A stretch of DNA of 64,000 bases, taken from the NCBI GenBank assembly GCA_046045965.1, contig JBJOKS010000008.1, positions 64,001-128,000 of the forward strand, given 5' to 3'. The notes under the pieces were generated by a model. It saw only the letters and a list, made by a program, of their open reading frames with translations. It had not been told where the DNA came from and searched no databases. The DNA comes from Cyanobacteriota bacterium (GTDB lineage: Bacteria > Cyanobacteriota > Cyanobacteriia > Cyanobacteriales > Nostocaceae). This document shows positions 30,050 through 39,622 of this stretch, one piece after another (the first letter of the stretch is position 1; every line of letters begins with the position of its first letter). The translations under genes were made by a program, and so were the position numbers.

Positions 30050-33000
30050 CTAGTCAAAAAGTCTTCGCTTTCTAGATTTTTTGGGACGGATAATCACAAT
30101 CACTGGCTGTACATCATCATCTATTTCCCCTACTTCCTTTAGAGCATAAATTGTTTGTGCTACTTTTTTCCAAAGTTGACCCTCACCTTGTACAAAATCG
30201 CGGATATAATCCTTTTTCTGTCTGCCGAATTCAAGAATAATAGTGTTGGCTTTTTTCCCTCTACTTTCTTGATTGTTAATTTCTTGATCATTATCTGGGT
30301 TCAGGTCGGATTGAATGGATTCTACGTCGATTAACTCTAGGATTTCCCACTCATTAATTCCTAGCCCGTTAGCAAGAATTATGCCACCGCCACCTTGTTG
30401 AATAGAGATGTATTTACCGTGACAACCCTTGATTGCTACCTTGTTGTCTCCCAATTCAATCAAGTCCAGCATTTCCCATTCTTGAATGTCATCAACCCAG
30501 GTAAAGTTACCATCTGGATTTATGCTGAGGTATTGTTCTTGGAGGGGAGCTTTTAAGGCAAATTTACCATTTTCCAAGGTAATCAACCTGAAGGACTCCC
30601 AGTCGCTAATTTGAGAACTATTCGCTAAAAGTGAACTACCGCCACCATTTTCTGCTACTAAATATTGTCCGTTAGGAACCTGAAAGGCTACCAGTTGGAA
30701 TGTATAGCTTGAAGGTGGTGTTGGTTCTTCATCATCAGTGAGTTCTTCATCATCAGTGAGTTCTTCATCATCAGTGAGTTCTTCATCATCAGTCGATTCT
30801 TCATCATCAGTGAGTTCTTCATCATCAGTCGATTCTTCATCATCAGTGAGTTCTTCATCATCAGTGAGTTCTTCATCATCAGTCGATTCTTCATCATCAG
30901 TCAGTTCTTCATCATCAGTCGATTCTTCATCATCAGTGAGTTCTTCATCATCAGTCGATTCTTCATCATCAGTGAGTTCTTCATCATCAGTCAGTTCTTC
31001 ATCATCAGTCAGTTCTTCATCATCAGTGAGTTCTTCATCATCAGTGAGTTCTTCATCATCAGTCAGTTCTTCATCATCAGTCGCTTCTATTTCAGGATGT
31101 TGCTGACTTCCGCTCTTAAATAGCAACCGCAAATAATCAATCCAATGGAAACCATCACCTCCATCGGTGGTTATTGTCAATGTATGTTCACCCTGTTCAA
31201 GCGCACCTAAAGGGATTTGGTTTTGTTTGAGTATCCCTTCACCGGCTCCTACAATATTGGTCAGGTTATTTCCATCCAGAGATAGAGTATCTGTTTCTGA
31301 GCCAAAAAAATCATAGCCGAGTATCAGTTCGCCTTCATCATAATTACGCTCTAGCATGAAGCGAATATTTAGCTTATCGGTTGCAGCAAGCGATTTCCCA
31401 TTGAGCTTAGGTTTCTTCTTTAACCCTGGTTTTAGTAACAAGAAGGGCATCTTAGAGTTATTTACCGAGTCTTCCTCTGATCCGATGACATAGTTAACCT
31501 CCTTTTTCCATCCACCTAGTTGTGAAGATTCCTTGCCAATTTGACCAGGGTAGCCGATTTGCCAGAGTATTTGTGTTTCATCGTCTTCAGGAATTACTGA
31601 TGGAATGACTTGAGTTGTTTGCTCTTGTGAAGTAAATGATACTAAATTTCCCTTGACTGTTAATGAATAAATGCGATTAGTTGAATTAGAAAATGCTGTC
31701 GGGGCAGCGCCTGATGCTGTATACAAAACTGTCCCACTTAAGTTGCCCAAAGACGAAGGACTCTTAGCATCTAGAAAGAAACTCACAGAACCTGCTTGTG
31801 GATGGTATAAACCAACAAAATCACCGTTGTTAACTTTAAGCGGTGTAGAAAGTGAAAAACGGTTTAATCCCACAACAGGGGTTTGAAGCTCACTTTTCCC
31901 CACAACTGACCAAACATTTGCCTCTTTTCTGTAAATAATTAGTTGCACAGGTAAGGTCTTTTCTGAACAAATTGCCCACTCAGTTAATTCGCCATTGCCA
32001 TTGATAGCATTGTTAGTATCTACTAAGTAGAAATTAGTAGCTGAATCCGCAATCCCATATTTAGTGAGACTATTACCACCTGTAATTAAATTGATCTCTA
32101 TTCCATCAGATATTGCTGATTCAATTGGTAGTTCTTCTTGCTGCCAAATCGCGCCCTTAATTATACCGTTATTGCCGTTACCAGTTTTATCATCACCATC
32201 TCCATTTAAAGGATAATAACCCACTAATCCTGCTTCATCTCCCGTGAGACGAGAATTCAAATTTTGCTTAATTTCTTCTGGAGTGCGGGCAATATTCCAA
32301 ATCCGAAATTCCGTCAAGGAGCCTTTCCAATAGTGACCACCATTGACGTAAGAAGCAATAACTAATTTTTGAATTCCACTTAATTTTTTTGTATTTCCCT
32401 CACCTTGATGCCAGATTTCTCCATTGCGATAAATGTACATTTTTCCTGTGGTAGCATCTTTGACAAATGCCCAATGCGTCCACACATTATATTCTTCTAA
32501 TTTAACTTCTTTGTCTATGCGATCATATCCATTCTCGTTACCAGCATCCCAAAAAATTCGGGAATTTGCCACGTGCTGCCAAGGAAAATGGACATTTAAA
32601 ACGCGAGTATTTTGGGAATTATGAGCCTCAATTACACTGGTTTGTTGGCTAAGGCTATTTTCTCCTTTTGCCCAAAATTCGACAGTGATTGCTTTATCAA
32701 TTGTGGGAAAACCTTTAGTCAGGGTAAGATTATCATCTATGCCGTCAAACATTAGCACGGATTGAATATTTTTGGCTACAGGTTGGGAAACCTTTGCAGG
32801 TTCTAATTTGAAAGGGAGTTCCTCTTGCTGCCAAATCGCGCCATTAATTGTACCGTTATTGCCGTTACCTTTCTGGTCAGTCACTAGATTTCCAGAACCT
32901 TCATTTAAGGGCAAATAAGCAACTAAACCCTCCTCCTTTCCAGTCAGACGCTGATTCATTTTTGCTTGAATTTCTGCCCCTGTCAGGGCTTTATTCCACA

Positions 33001-35941
33001 CACTAACTTCTGCAATTTGACCAGGATAAAAATATTGTGGTTTTGCTTCGGTATAACCAGCACCAATTCTCAGCGGGCATCGGTTATTCAATGTGTAACC
33101 CACATTTTTGCTACCAACTTCTGTGCCATTGATATAAAGTTTTAGTTGCTTACCATCAAAGGTACTTGCTACATGAGTCCAAACATTGAGAACGACAGGA
33201 ATATCATTATTATTCACAACTTCCCAAGCACTGCCGTTACCTACCCAAGTTTGCCATTTATTATTATCTCCTGCATAGATAATATAACCTTTAAAGTGAT
33301 CACGGCTGGTAATCACAGAACGAAAGCTTCCTTGTCCTCCGGCAACTTTTACCCAACCAGAAACAGTAAATAAATCGGGATTAAGGGACTGGTTATAAGG
33401 AATTTCTACATAATCATCCTTACCATCAAACATTAACACGGATTGCAGATTTTTACATATTTCACTATTGTTTGTATTGGCTTGAATTGGCGGTTCTTCT
33501 TGCTTCCAAGTAGCGCCATTAATTATGCCGTTATTAGCATTGCTAGTTTGATCATTAACATCGCTATTCAGAGGATAATAACCTACTAATCCTGACTCTT
33601 GACCCGTCAAACGGAAGTTCATATTTTGCTTAATTTCTTCTGGAGTGCGGGCAGCATTCCAAATCCGAAATTCTGTCAAACAACCTTTCCAATAGTGACC
33701 TCCATTGACGTAAGAAGCAATCACAAATTTTTGAATTCCGCTTAATTTTTTGGTATTTCCATCGCCTTGATGCCAGATTTCTCCATTGCGATAAACGTAC
33801 ATTTTTCCGGTGGCAGCATCTTTAACAAAAGCCCAATGTGTCCAAACATTGTATTCTTCTAGTTTCACTCCTTTGTCGATACGATCATACCCATTCTCGT
33901 TACCAGCATCCCAAAAAATGCGTGAATCTGCCACATGCTGCCAAGGAAAATGAACATTTAAAACGCGAGCATTTTGCGAATTGTGAGCCTCAATTACACT
34001 AGTTTGTTGGCTAAGGCTATTTTCTCCTTTTGCCCAAAATTCGATAGTAATTGCTTTATCAATTGCGGGAAATCCTTTAGTCAGGGTAAGATTATCATCT
34101 ATGCCGTCAAAAAATAAGACAGAATTGTTTATTGTGATTGAATTCACAATTTCACTGACTGGTTTTAGCTTTGTGAATTTCCAGAATTGACCACTATAAT
34201 TTCCCGTAGCAGCCAGGATAGGTTTATTATTGTTTGTACCATCGTTGATGATATCTAGAGATTTTTGTTCTCCTTGCCATTGAGTGGTTAATCGGTAATA
34301 ACCATTTTCCAATGGAGTCAGTTTCCAGAATTGACCACTATAATTTCCCGTAGCAGCTAGGATAGGTTTATTATTGTTTGTACTATCGTTAATGATATCT
34401 AGAGATTTTTGTTCTCCTTGCCATTGAGTGGTTAATCGGTAATAACCATTTTCCAATGGAGTAAGTTTCCAGAATTGACCACTATAATTTCCCGTAGTAG
34501 CTAGGATAGGTTCATTATTATTTGTACCATCGTTGATGATATCTAGAGATTTTTGTTCTCCTTGCCATTGAGTGGTTAATCGGTAGTAATAGTTTGGCTC
34601 TATTATGGGCTGATCACCAGATATTACCGCTTGCATTGGTAGTTCTGCTTGCTGCCAAATAGCCCCATTAATAGTACCGTTGTTGCCTTTACCCGTCTTG
34701 TCGGCAACTGTGGTCTTAGAACCATCATTTAAAGGCCAGTAACCCACTAAACCAGATTCATTCCCTACCAGACGGCTGCTCATCTGCTTTTGAATTTCTT
34801 CTTGGCTGCGGGCAATATTCCACACCCTTACTTCTGCGATTTGACCTTCAAAGTAACCATCATTTGACCAGTTACTCTTCGCTATATAGTTCAGCGTCCG
34901 GTTGACGTTATCTGGAAGATGGAATGGTTTACTTTGGATTAATTGACCATTTTGATAAAGTTTAGCTACCCCTGATTTATCAATGGTTATTACTAAGTGC
35001 ATCCACTTACCCATTTCCAACGCGTTGGGGACTTCAATGATGTCTTTTCCCGCACTGGAATATAGATGGAATGCCAGGGTGTTAGATGTTCCCAGATGAC
35101 CCAAAACAATGCAGTTTTTTTCTGCTCCATTGCCGAAATCAATAATTCTTGACCAACTTTGTTGAAAGCTGGTGTACCGCGCCCAAGCTTCGACGGTGAA
35201 TCCCTGAGAATAATCCGTGTTTGCTGCGGGTAAGGCTACATAATCGTCTTTACCATCAAATGATAGTACGCATTGTAGTTTATTTGTCTTTTCGCTACCC
35301 GCAAAAGTAGCAATCAGCCCTTGTCCGTTTGTATGGGTAAGAACAACCTGATTAGCTGGAGAAGCTGGTTCTAAATCAACAATGCAGTTACCATTATTTA
35401 GATAAATCGCTTTCACTCCCGCAAAAATTGGATGGGTATTATTAATGGTTTGATTCCCACTAATACCGTTATATTCGCCCACAAGTTTGAAACCAAAGGC
35501 AGCGAGAAAGGTATTCCAACGGTCGGCTTCCTGTTGAGGTCCACCCACACCTGTTCCTGCACCGAGATAAACGTTACCCCCGGCTTTGACATAATCAATT
35601 AACACCTGATTATCAGCCAAGTCTCCACAGAGAAAGATGCCATCAAAGGTTAACAAGGTCGGCAAATCAATTTTAATATTGTTACCAACAGTCCAAGTGT
35701 AACCTGCTTTAGTCATTGTCTGTGCTAATACGGATTCGGTTAAGCCAAAGTTAGTGGAGTAGGCATGAAATTTGCCTGTAATACGCCCCCCAGTAAACCA
35801 TTTAGCAATGTTGATGACAAAATTTGTCGTGTCTGGTGCTTGTTTAAATCCATTATTACTTAAAGTCCATTCGTCAGAGTTAACAACAATCTTGCCAAAT
35901 TGAATATTGTTTGTGTTCGATAGGTCTAAGGAATTACTCAT
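30050..35941 (-). CDS. Large multidomain lectin-like protein: N-terminal domain, 4 LamG/ConA-like domains, triple-repeat ricin-type beta-trefoil, acidic repeat, fascin-like trefoil, small C-terminal domain
   Basis: Four units of (L/M/F)FDG.DD...E.R.WN.AR..EEI...GLVGY.PLN type; three 47-aa repeats ending GQFWK; (TDDEEL/S)n; a fascin-like NGQYLVAENGGG...WESF segment. No signal peptide visible. Confidence 0.85.
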   Translation of the reverse strand: MSNSLDLSNTNNIQFGKIVVNSDEWTLSNNGFKQAPDTTNFVINIAKWFTGGRITGKFHAYSTNFGLTESVLAQTMTKAGYTWTVGNNIKIDLPTLLTFDGIFLCGDLADNQVLIDYVKAGGNVYLGAGTGVGGPQQEADRWNTFLAAFGFKLVGEYNGISGNQTINNTHPIFAGVKAIYLNNGNCIVDLEPASPANQVVLTHTNGQGLIATFAGSEKTNKLQCVLSFDGKDDYVALPAANTDYSQGFTVEAWARYTSFQQSWSRIIDFGNGAEKNCIVLGHLGTSNTLAFHLYSSAGKDIIEVPNALEMGKWMHLVITIDKSGVAKLYQNGQLIQSKPFHLPDNVNRTLNYIAKSNWSNDGYFEGQIAEVRVWNIARSQEEIQKQMSSRLVGNESGLVGYWPLNDGSKTTVADKTGKGNNGTINGAIWQQAELPMQAVISGDQPIIEPNYYYRLTTQWQGEQKSLDIINDGTNNNEPILATTGNYSGQFWKLTPLENGYYRLTTQWQGEQKSLDIINDSTNNNKPILAATGNYSGQFWKLTPLENGYYRLTTQWQGEQKSLDIINDGTNNNKPILAATGNYSGQFWKFTKLKPVSEIVNSITINNSVLFFDGIDDNLTLTKGFPAIDKAITIEFWAKGENSLSQQTSVIEAHNSQNARVLNVHFPWQHVADSRIFWDAGNENGYDRIDKGVKLEEYNVWTHWAFVKDAATGKMYVYRNGEIWHQGDGNTKKLSGIQKFVIASYVNGGHYWKGCLTEFRIWNAARTPEEIKQNMNFRLTGQESGLVGYYPLNSDVNDQTSNANNGIINGATWKQEEPPIQANTNNSEICKNLQSVLMFDGKDDYVEIPYNQSLNPDLFTVSGWVKVAGGQGSFRSVITSRDHFKGYIIYAGDNNKWQTWVGNGSAWEVVNNNDIPVVLNVWTHVASTFDGKQLKLYINGTEVGSKNVGYTLNNRCPLRIGAGYTEAKPQYFYPGQIAEVSVWNKALTGAEIQAKMNQRLTGKEEGLVAYLPLNEGSGNLVTDQKGNGNNGTINGAIWQQEELPFKLEPAKVSQPVAKNIQSVLMFDGIDDNLTLTKGFPTIDKAITVEFWAKGENSLSQQTSVIEAHNSQNTRVLNVHFPWQHVANSRIFWDAGNENGYDRIDKEVKLEEYNVWTHWAFVKDATTGKMYIYRNGEIWHQGEGNTKKLSGIQKLVIASYVNGGHYWKGSLTEFRIWNIARTPEEIKQNLNSRLTGDEAGLVGYYPLNGDGDDKTGNGNNGIIKGAIWQQEELPIESAISDGIEINLITGGNSLTKYGIADSATNFYLVDTNNAINGNGELTEWAICSEKTLPVQLIIYRKEANVWSVVGKSELQTPVVGLNRFSLSTPLKVNNGDFVGLYHPQAGSVSFFLDAKSPSSLGNLSGTVLYTASGAAPTAFSNSTNRIYSLTVKGNLVSFTSQEQTTQVIPSVIPEDDETQILWQIGYPGQIGKESSQLGGWKKEVNYVIGSEEDSVNNSKMPFLLLKPGLKKKPKLNGKSLAATDKLNIRFMLERNYDEGELILGYDFFGSETDTLSLDGNNLTNIVGAGEGILKQNQIPLGALEQGEHTLTITTDGGDGFHWIDYLRLLFKSGSQQHPEIEATDDEELTDDEELTDDEELTDDEELTDDEELTDDEELTDDEESTDDEELTDDEESTDDEELTDDEESTDDEELTDDEELTDDEESTDDEELTDDEESTDDEELTDDEELTDDEELTDDEEPTPPSSYTFQLVAFQVPNGQYLVAENGGGSSLLANSSQISDWESFRLITLENGKFALKAPLQEQYLSINPDGNFTWVDDIQEWEMLDLIELGDNKVAIKGCHGKYISIQQGGGGIILANGLGINEWEILELIDVESIQSDLNPDNDQEINNQESRGKKANTIILEFGRQKKDYIRDFVQGEGQLWKKVAQTIYALKEVGEIDDDVQPVIVIIRPKKSRKRRLFD
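30722..31081 (-). repeat. 18-bp coding tandem repeat, 20 units, encoding TDDEE(L/S/P)
   Basis: The plus strand reads gagttcttcatcatcagt with cgattc/cagttc variants. Twenty TDDEE units were counted in the translation. Confidence 0.95.
34168..34590 (-). repeat. Three near-identical 141-bp (47-aa) coding repeats
   Basis: YYRLTTQWQGEQKSLDIINDGTNNNKPILAATGNYSGQFWKLTPLENG occurs three times. Boundaries are approximate. Confidence 0.9.
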
Positions 35942-35976
35942 ATTGCTGCTATTGGTACGTTTTAATTAGACAATAT

Positions 35977-36224
35977 CAATACTGTAGCCAATTTACGAGG
36001 GTGAGATGATGACGCTTTAACCATTAACTTCCGTTGATTTGAGGCTTGGCAAAAACAATCAGTTCTAAAAATTCCTTTAAGGTTTCCCGCCAGGATTTTT
36101 TAATGTATTAAAGGCAGGGTAATCGTTTTAGATTCCAAACTACCTTTTGTTAAAACGCTCATATGTGCTTATTTTGCCAGGGTTGCCAAAAATTATCAAG
36201 GCTCTTATTTTGGCTACAGTATTG
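35977..36224. mobile_element. Putative MITE, 248 bp
   Basis: Perfect 15-bp terminal inverted repeats CAATACTGTAGCCAA (35977-35991) and TTGGCTACAGTATTG (36210-36224), flanked by the direct repeat AATAT (35972-35976, 36225-36229). No ORF of 60 aa or more inside. Confidence 0.65.
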
Positions 36225-36776
36225 AATATAGTTCCAAAAAACATAGACAAATATCTCATGCCTTTTGTTTGCCGGGAATAACCCCGACGGGCCGAACTAC
36301 AACGCCCCCTATCCCTAGACTAAACGCTGTCGGGACTACTTTACGTAAAATACTTTTTTCCGGGTTCTCGTTTTTCAGTTCTGATTTGACTAGCTACTCT
36401 TGAGAATGTTTTATTTTGTCTGATTTATAGGATTTCCTGTCACACAGGAGCTATGGTTAGGTTAATTCCAACTCTCCGCAGTCTCAGATCAGGACTTTCA
36501 CCACTTCCCAGGGATCTACGCTTCTTGAACCCAAGAGTAATATATCACATTCACATCTTGCATCACATATCTAGGCAAAAATGATATTTTTGTGCCACAG
36601 ATGTTAATATTTGACTATATCTGACTATATTTTTCTTGTTTAAATCTAATACAACGCAATTATAATTTATGGCATGAAACTTTAATTTCAACTTTTTTTA
36701 ATCAGCAAACCTACCGTCATCATGTTATTATTTACTTGGAGCGTAAAGTTAACTTTGTCAAAAAAAACGAACGACC

Positions 36777-37088
36777 ATGGGTAATACAGATAGTCTTAAA
36801 CGGGTTGTAGTCCTACGTAGTGAGGATTCGTTTGGTGGCGAGCCGGACACCATTTACGGTGAGAGTCAAGGGAAAAGAAAGAAAAAGAAAAGAAAGAAGC
36901 AATCAAAACTTCTGAGTCCTACGGAGAAGATGGTCTTTGCTATGGCCAAACGTCTAGACAAAGCCACTACAGATTACCGAGATCGCCACTCAGCATCGAA
37001 TAAGAAGAAGAAAAATGGCTGGATTCGTGATTATCCCAAGAATTTGAGCAAAGCCTTGTCCAAGGCTGGAGGTATGAAACTATTTTAG
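36777..37088 (+). CDS. Small highly basic protein (tentatively DUF6312-like)
   Basis: 103-aa ORF with an ATG start, KRKKKKRKKQSK and a HSASNKKKKNGWIRD motif. The family name is from recall and unverified. Confidence 0.7.
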   Translation: MGNTDSLKRVVVLRSEDSFGGEPDTIYGESQGKRKKKKRKKQSKLLSPTEKMVFAMAKRLDKATTDYRDRHSASNKKKKNGWIRDYPKNLSKALSKAGGMKLF

Positions 37089-37454
37089 TTTTGTCCTTAA
37101 GCAGTATTTCCAACACAGATGGTAAATCAACTGCTCTTAAGCAGACTATTGGCAGCACAGAGGATGTTTTAAAAGATTCTTTAGCTTTCATAGCCAGGAA
37201 AGCAACGTATGTGAGTATACTAATAAAACATTGGGAGTTTGATACAACTGCCAAGGTAACTTTTAAAACATCCTCATCCAAGGAATAAGTCAGGAAAATT
37301 GATTTTTAGTGCTGTTGAGTAAAAAAACCTCAAATTCTACATTGTCAATCAATAAAAACCCTCAGTAAAAACTAGGATAGTTATATCCGATATTTCGACT
37401 GAGGAATTGTTTAGTTATTTATCTAAGAATACAAAGAAAACACCGAGGTCAATC

Positions 37455-37697
37455 ATGGTAGTGCCAGGAAATACCGCTGAAAGCAATCGGATTCAAGAAG
37501 CAAATACTATTATTCTTGAATTCAGCAGCGCGAAAAAGGATGATATCCGCGATCTTCGAGCAGGTGAGGGTAAGCTCTTCAAAAGAATACAAAACGCAAT
37601 TGACGAGCTGCAGGAAACAGGGGAATTAGGGGATTGTGTGCAGCCAGTGATTGTCATTGTTCAGCAAAAGAAATCTGACAAGGGAATATTAGACTAG
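37455..37697 (+). CDS. Small protein homologous to the C-terminal domain of the 1963-aa protein (tentatively DUF6200-like)
   Basis: ATG at 37455 after GAGG. ANTIILEF...KKDDIRDLRAGEGKL...VQPVIVIV matches the C-terminus of 30050..35941. Confidence 0.8.
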   Translation: MVVPGNTAESNRIQEANTIILEFSSAKKDDIRDLRAGEGKLFKRIQNAIDELQETGELGDCVQPVIVIVQQKKSDKGILD

Positions 37698-37802
37698 GGG
37701 TGATTTGGGTAATTTAAAACTATAACTACAAAACCAAGACCTTAGCCAATTTGCGAGGGTGGTTTAGTGTTTTTCCAAATTATTAACTCCCTTTTATTTC
37801 CG

Positions 37803-37845
37803 GTTTGGACTATAGGTAATTTTGATAGTCCAAACGGTAATTTTT
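37803..37845 (+). terminator. Possible intrinsic terminator hairpin
   Basis: An 11-bp stem, GTTTGGACTAT (37803-37813) and ATAGTCCAAAC (37825-37835), followed by a T-rich run downstream of the small gene. Confidence 0.45.
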
Positions 37846-38048
37846 CTGTTGAGCTATAAAAATCTGCAACCCTTGATTTAGCAATTCTTTTGTTTTTTTT
37901 TCAGCAACCCCTAATTAGGGATTGCTGTATTTTTCATGCACGATATTTTTAAGTAAAAAAAGTTTCTGTGAGAAAATTAAGCAAAGTGTAGTATAAATAG
38001 AGGCGCAGAAATTCATTAGTCCATAGGTCAAGAGGTCAAATTAATAAC

Positions 38049-39239
38049 GTGAAAATATTATTAGTCTGTACAGAAAAGTTACCTGTACCTTTTATTCGAG
38101 GTGGGGCTATTCAGACTTACATCAATGAGATATTGCCTTATTTGAGTCGAGAACATAAAATCACAGTTTTCTCGGTGACTGACCCAGATCTACCTGAACA
38201 TGAAGTTCGAGATGGAATACGCTACAAACGGGCTGGAGGAGATACTGAAGCGTACTATCAGGCGGTAGCCAATTTTGTGGCTGGGGAGATATTTGATTGG
38301 ATTATTATTTACAATCGTCCTAAATATCTTCCCATGGTCGCAGCAGCGTCTCCTCATAGTCGTTTTCTGCTTAGTATGCACAACGAAATGTTCGGAGATG
38401 GCAAGATTGATCCTGAGTTAGCTCGGCATTGCTTACAGCTAGTTGAGAGGGTGGTTACGGTTAGTGAGTTTATTGCTCATGGAATTGCTGATCTCTTTCC
38501 TGAATATCGGCACAAGTTACAACCAGTTTATGCCGGGGTAAACCTACAACGATTCCAACCAAGATGGTCTTCAGATGCTGCTGAACGACGAGCAGATATG
38601 CTAGACGCACATGGATTGAAGGACAGAAAAGTGGTGGTAAGTGTGGGGCGGCTGTCCAAGAAAAAAGGACCTCATATTTTGCTATCTGCTTTCCCTGAAG
38701 TAATTAAGCAACATCCGTCAGCAGTACTTTTCCTAGTTGGCAGTAAATGGTACGGAAAAAATGAAGAAGACACCTACGTTCGTCAGCTCAAGGAGCAGGC
38801 AAAAAGCTTGGGTGATTGTGTGCGTTTCAGCGGTTTCATCTCACCAGTTAATATTCCAGATTACTTCCTTCTAGGGGATATATTTGTTTGTGCCTCTCAA
38901 TGGCAGGAGCCTTTAGCTAGAGTCCACTATGAGGCAATGGCAACCGGGCTATCAATTATTACCACTGCCAGGGGTGGTAATGCTGAGGTAATTATTCCAG
39001 ACGGAAATGGTCTCCTCATCAACGATTACGAAAATCCTCATGCTTTTGCTACTCAAATCAACTACCTTCTATCTAGACCAGATTTGACTGAAGAAATGGG
39101 TCGAAAAGGGCGTTATCTGAGTGAGACTTATTATAGCTGGTATCGGGTTGCTTCAGATATTTTGAAGATTTTGGCAACCGACTACAAGAGCAATAGGATT
39201 TTATTAGATGAGTTAGTTCAAACATACACTGATCTCTGA
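38049..39239 (+). CDS. Glycosyltransferase family 4, CotSA-like
   Basis: TEKLPVP.IRGGAIQ N-terminus, GRLSKKKGPH, and the GT4 EX7E motif SQWQEPLARVHYEAMATG. Confidence 0.9.
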   Translation: MKILLVCTEKLPVPFIRGGAIQTYINEILPYLSREHKITVFSVTDPDLPEHEVRDGIRYKRAGGDTEAYYQAVANFVAGEIFDWIIIYNRPKYLPMVAAASPHSRFLLSMHNEMFGDGKIDPELARHCLQLVERVVTVSEFIAHGIADLFPEYRHKLQPVYAGVNLQRFQPRWSSDAAERRADMLDAHGLKDRKVVVSVGRLSKKKGPHILLSAFPEVIKQHPSAVLFLVGSKWYGKNEEDTYVRQLKEQAKSLGDCVRFSGFISPVNIPDYFLLGDIFVCASQWQEPLARVHYEAMATGLSIITTARGGNAEVIIPDGNGLLINDYENPHAFATQINYLLSRPDLTEEMGRKGRYLSETYYSWYRVASDILKILATDYKSNRILLDELVQTYTDL

Positions 39240-39622
39240 ACTTCAATAGTTTGAGAGCATTCAGGTGATATACTTTCGCTCAAACCATTGATTTTCTGTC
39301 CGAATGCTTCGCCTCTACAAGGTAAAAACTCTATTGTATAAACATTTCATGGATTGCCAATAAGCTGTTACGCATTTATTTTTTTTACTCAAAAGCCTTA
39401 CACAATAACTCTAGGCTACAAAATATTAAATTTAATTGCGCCTCAGCTTATTATATTTGTCAATTCAAATTTAGAATCGCTCATAATCTATTTTACGGAA
39501 TTATTCGAGTCTGGTACGATTAATATTTGCAGGTGAGTAATGGTGCTTTTTTTATCATCTTCTGCCAAAATGGGAACTCTTTAACTACTTTCGGATCACT
39601 ACCGTTATAAAATGCTTTTTCC

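Noticed and set aside
30722..31081. Regular repeats resembling a CRISPR array
   Set aside because: The 18-bp units are contiguous with no unique spacers, lie in frame within a CDS, and have no cas genes nearby.
30688..31106. Alternative-frame ORFs (poly-Ser on +, MMKNSL repeats on -)
   Set aside because: They are shadow translations of the coding minisatellite.
36967..37288. ORFs 36967..37281(-) and 37091..37288(+)
   Set aside because: No recognisable motifs. The first overlaps a better-supported gene, and the second has a weak TTG start.
37902..37927. Hairpin CAGCAACCCCTAATTAGGGATTGCTG resembling abutted IS5 ends
   Set aside because: The resemblance to the 41591 element ends is only partial, and there is no transposase trace.
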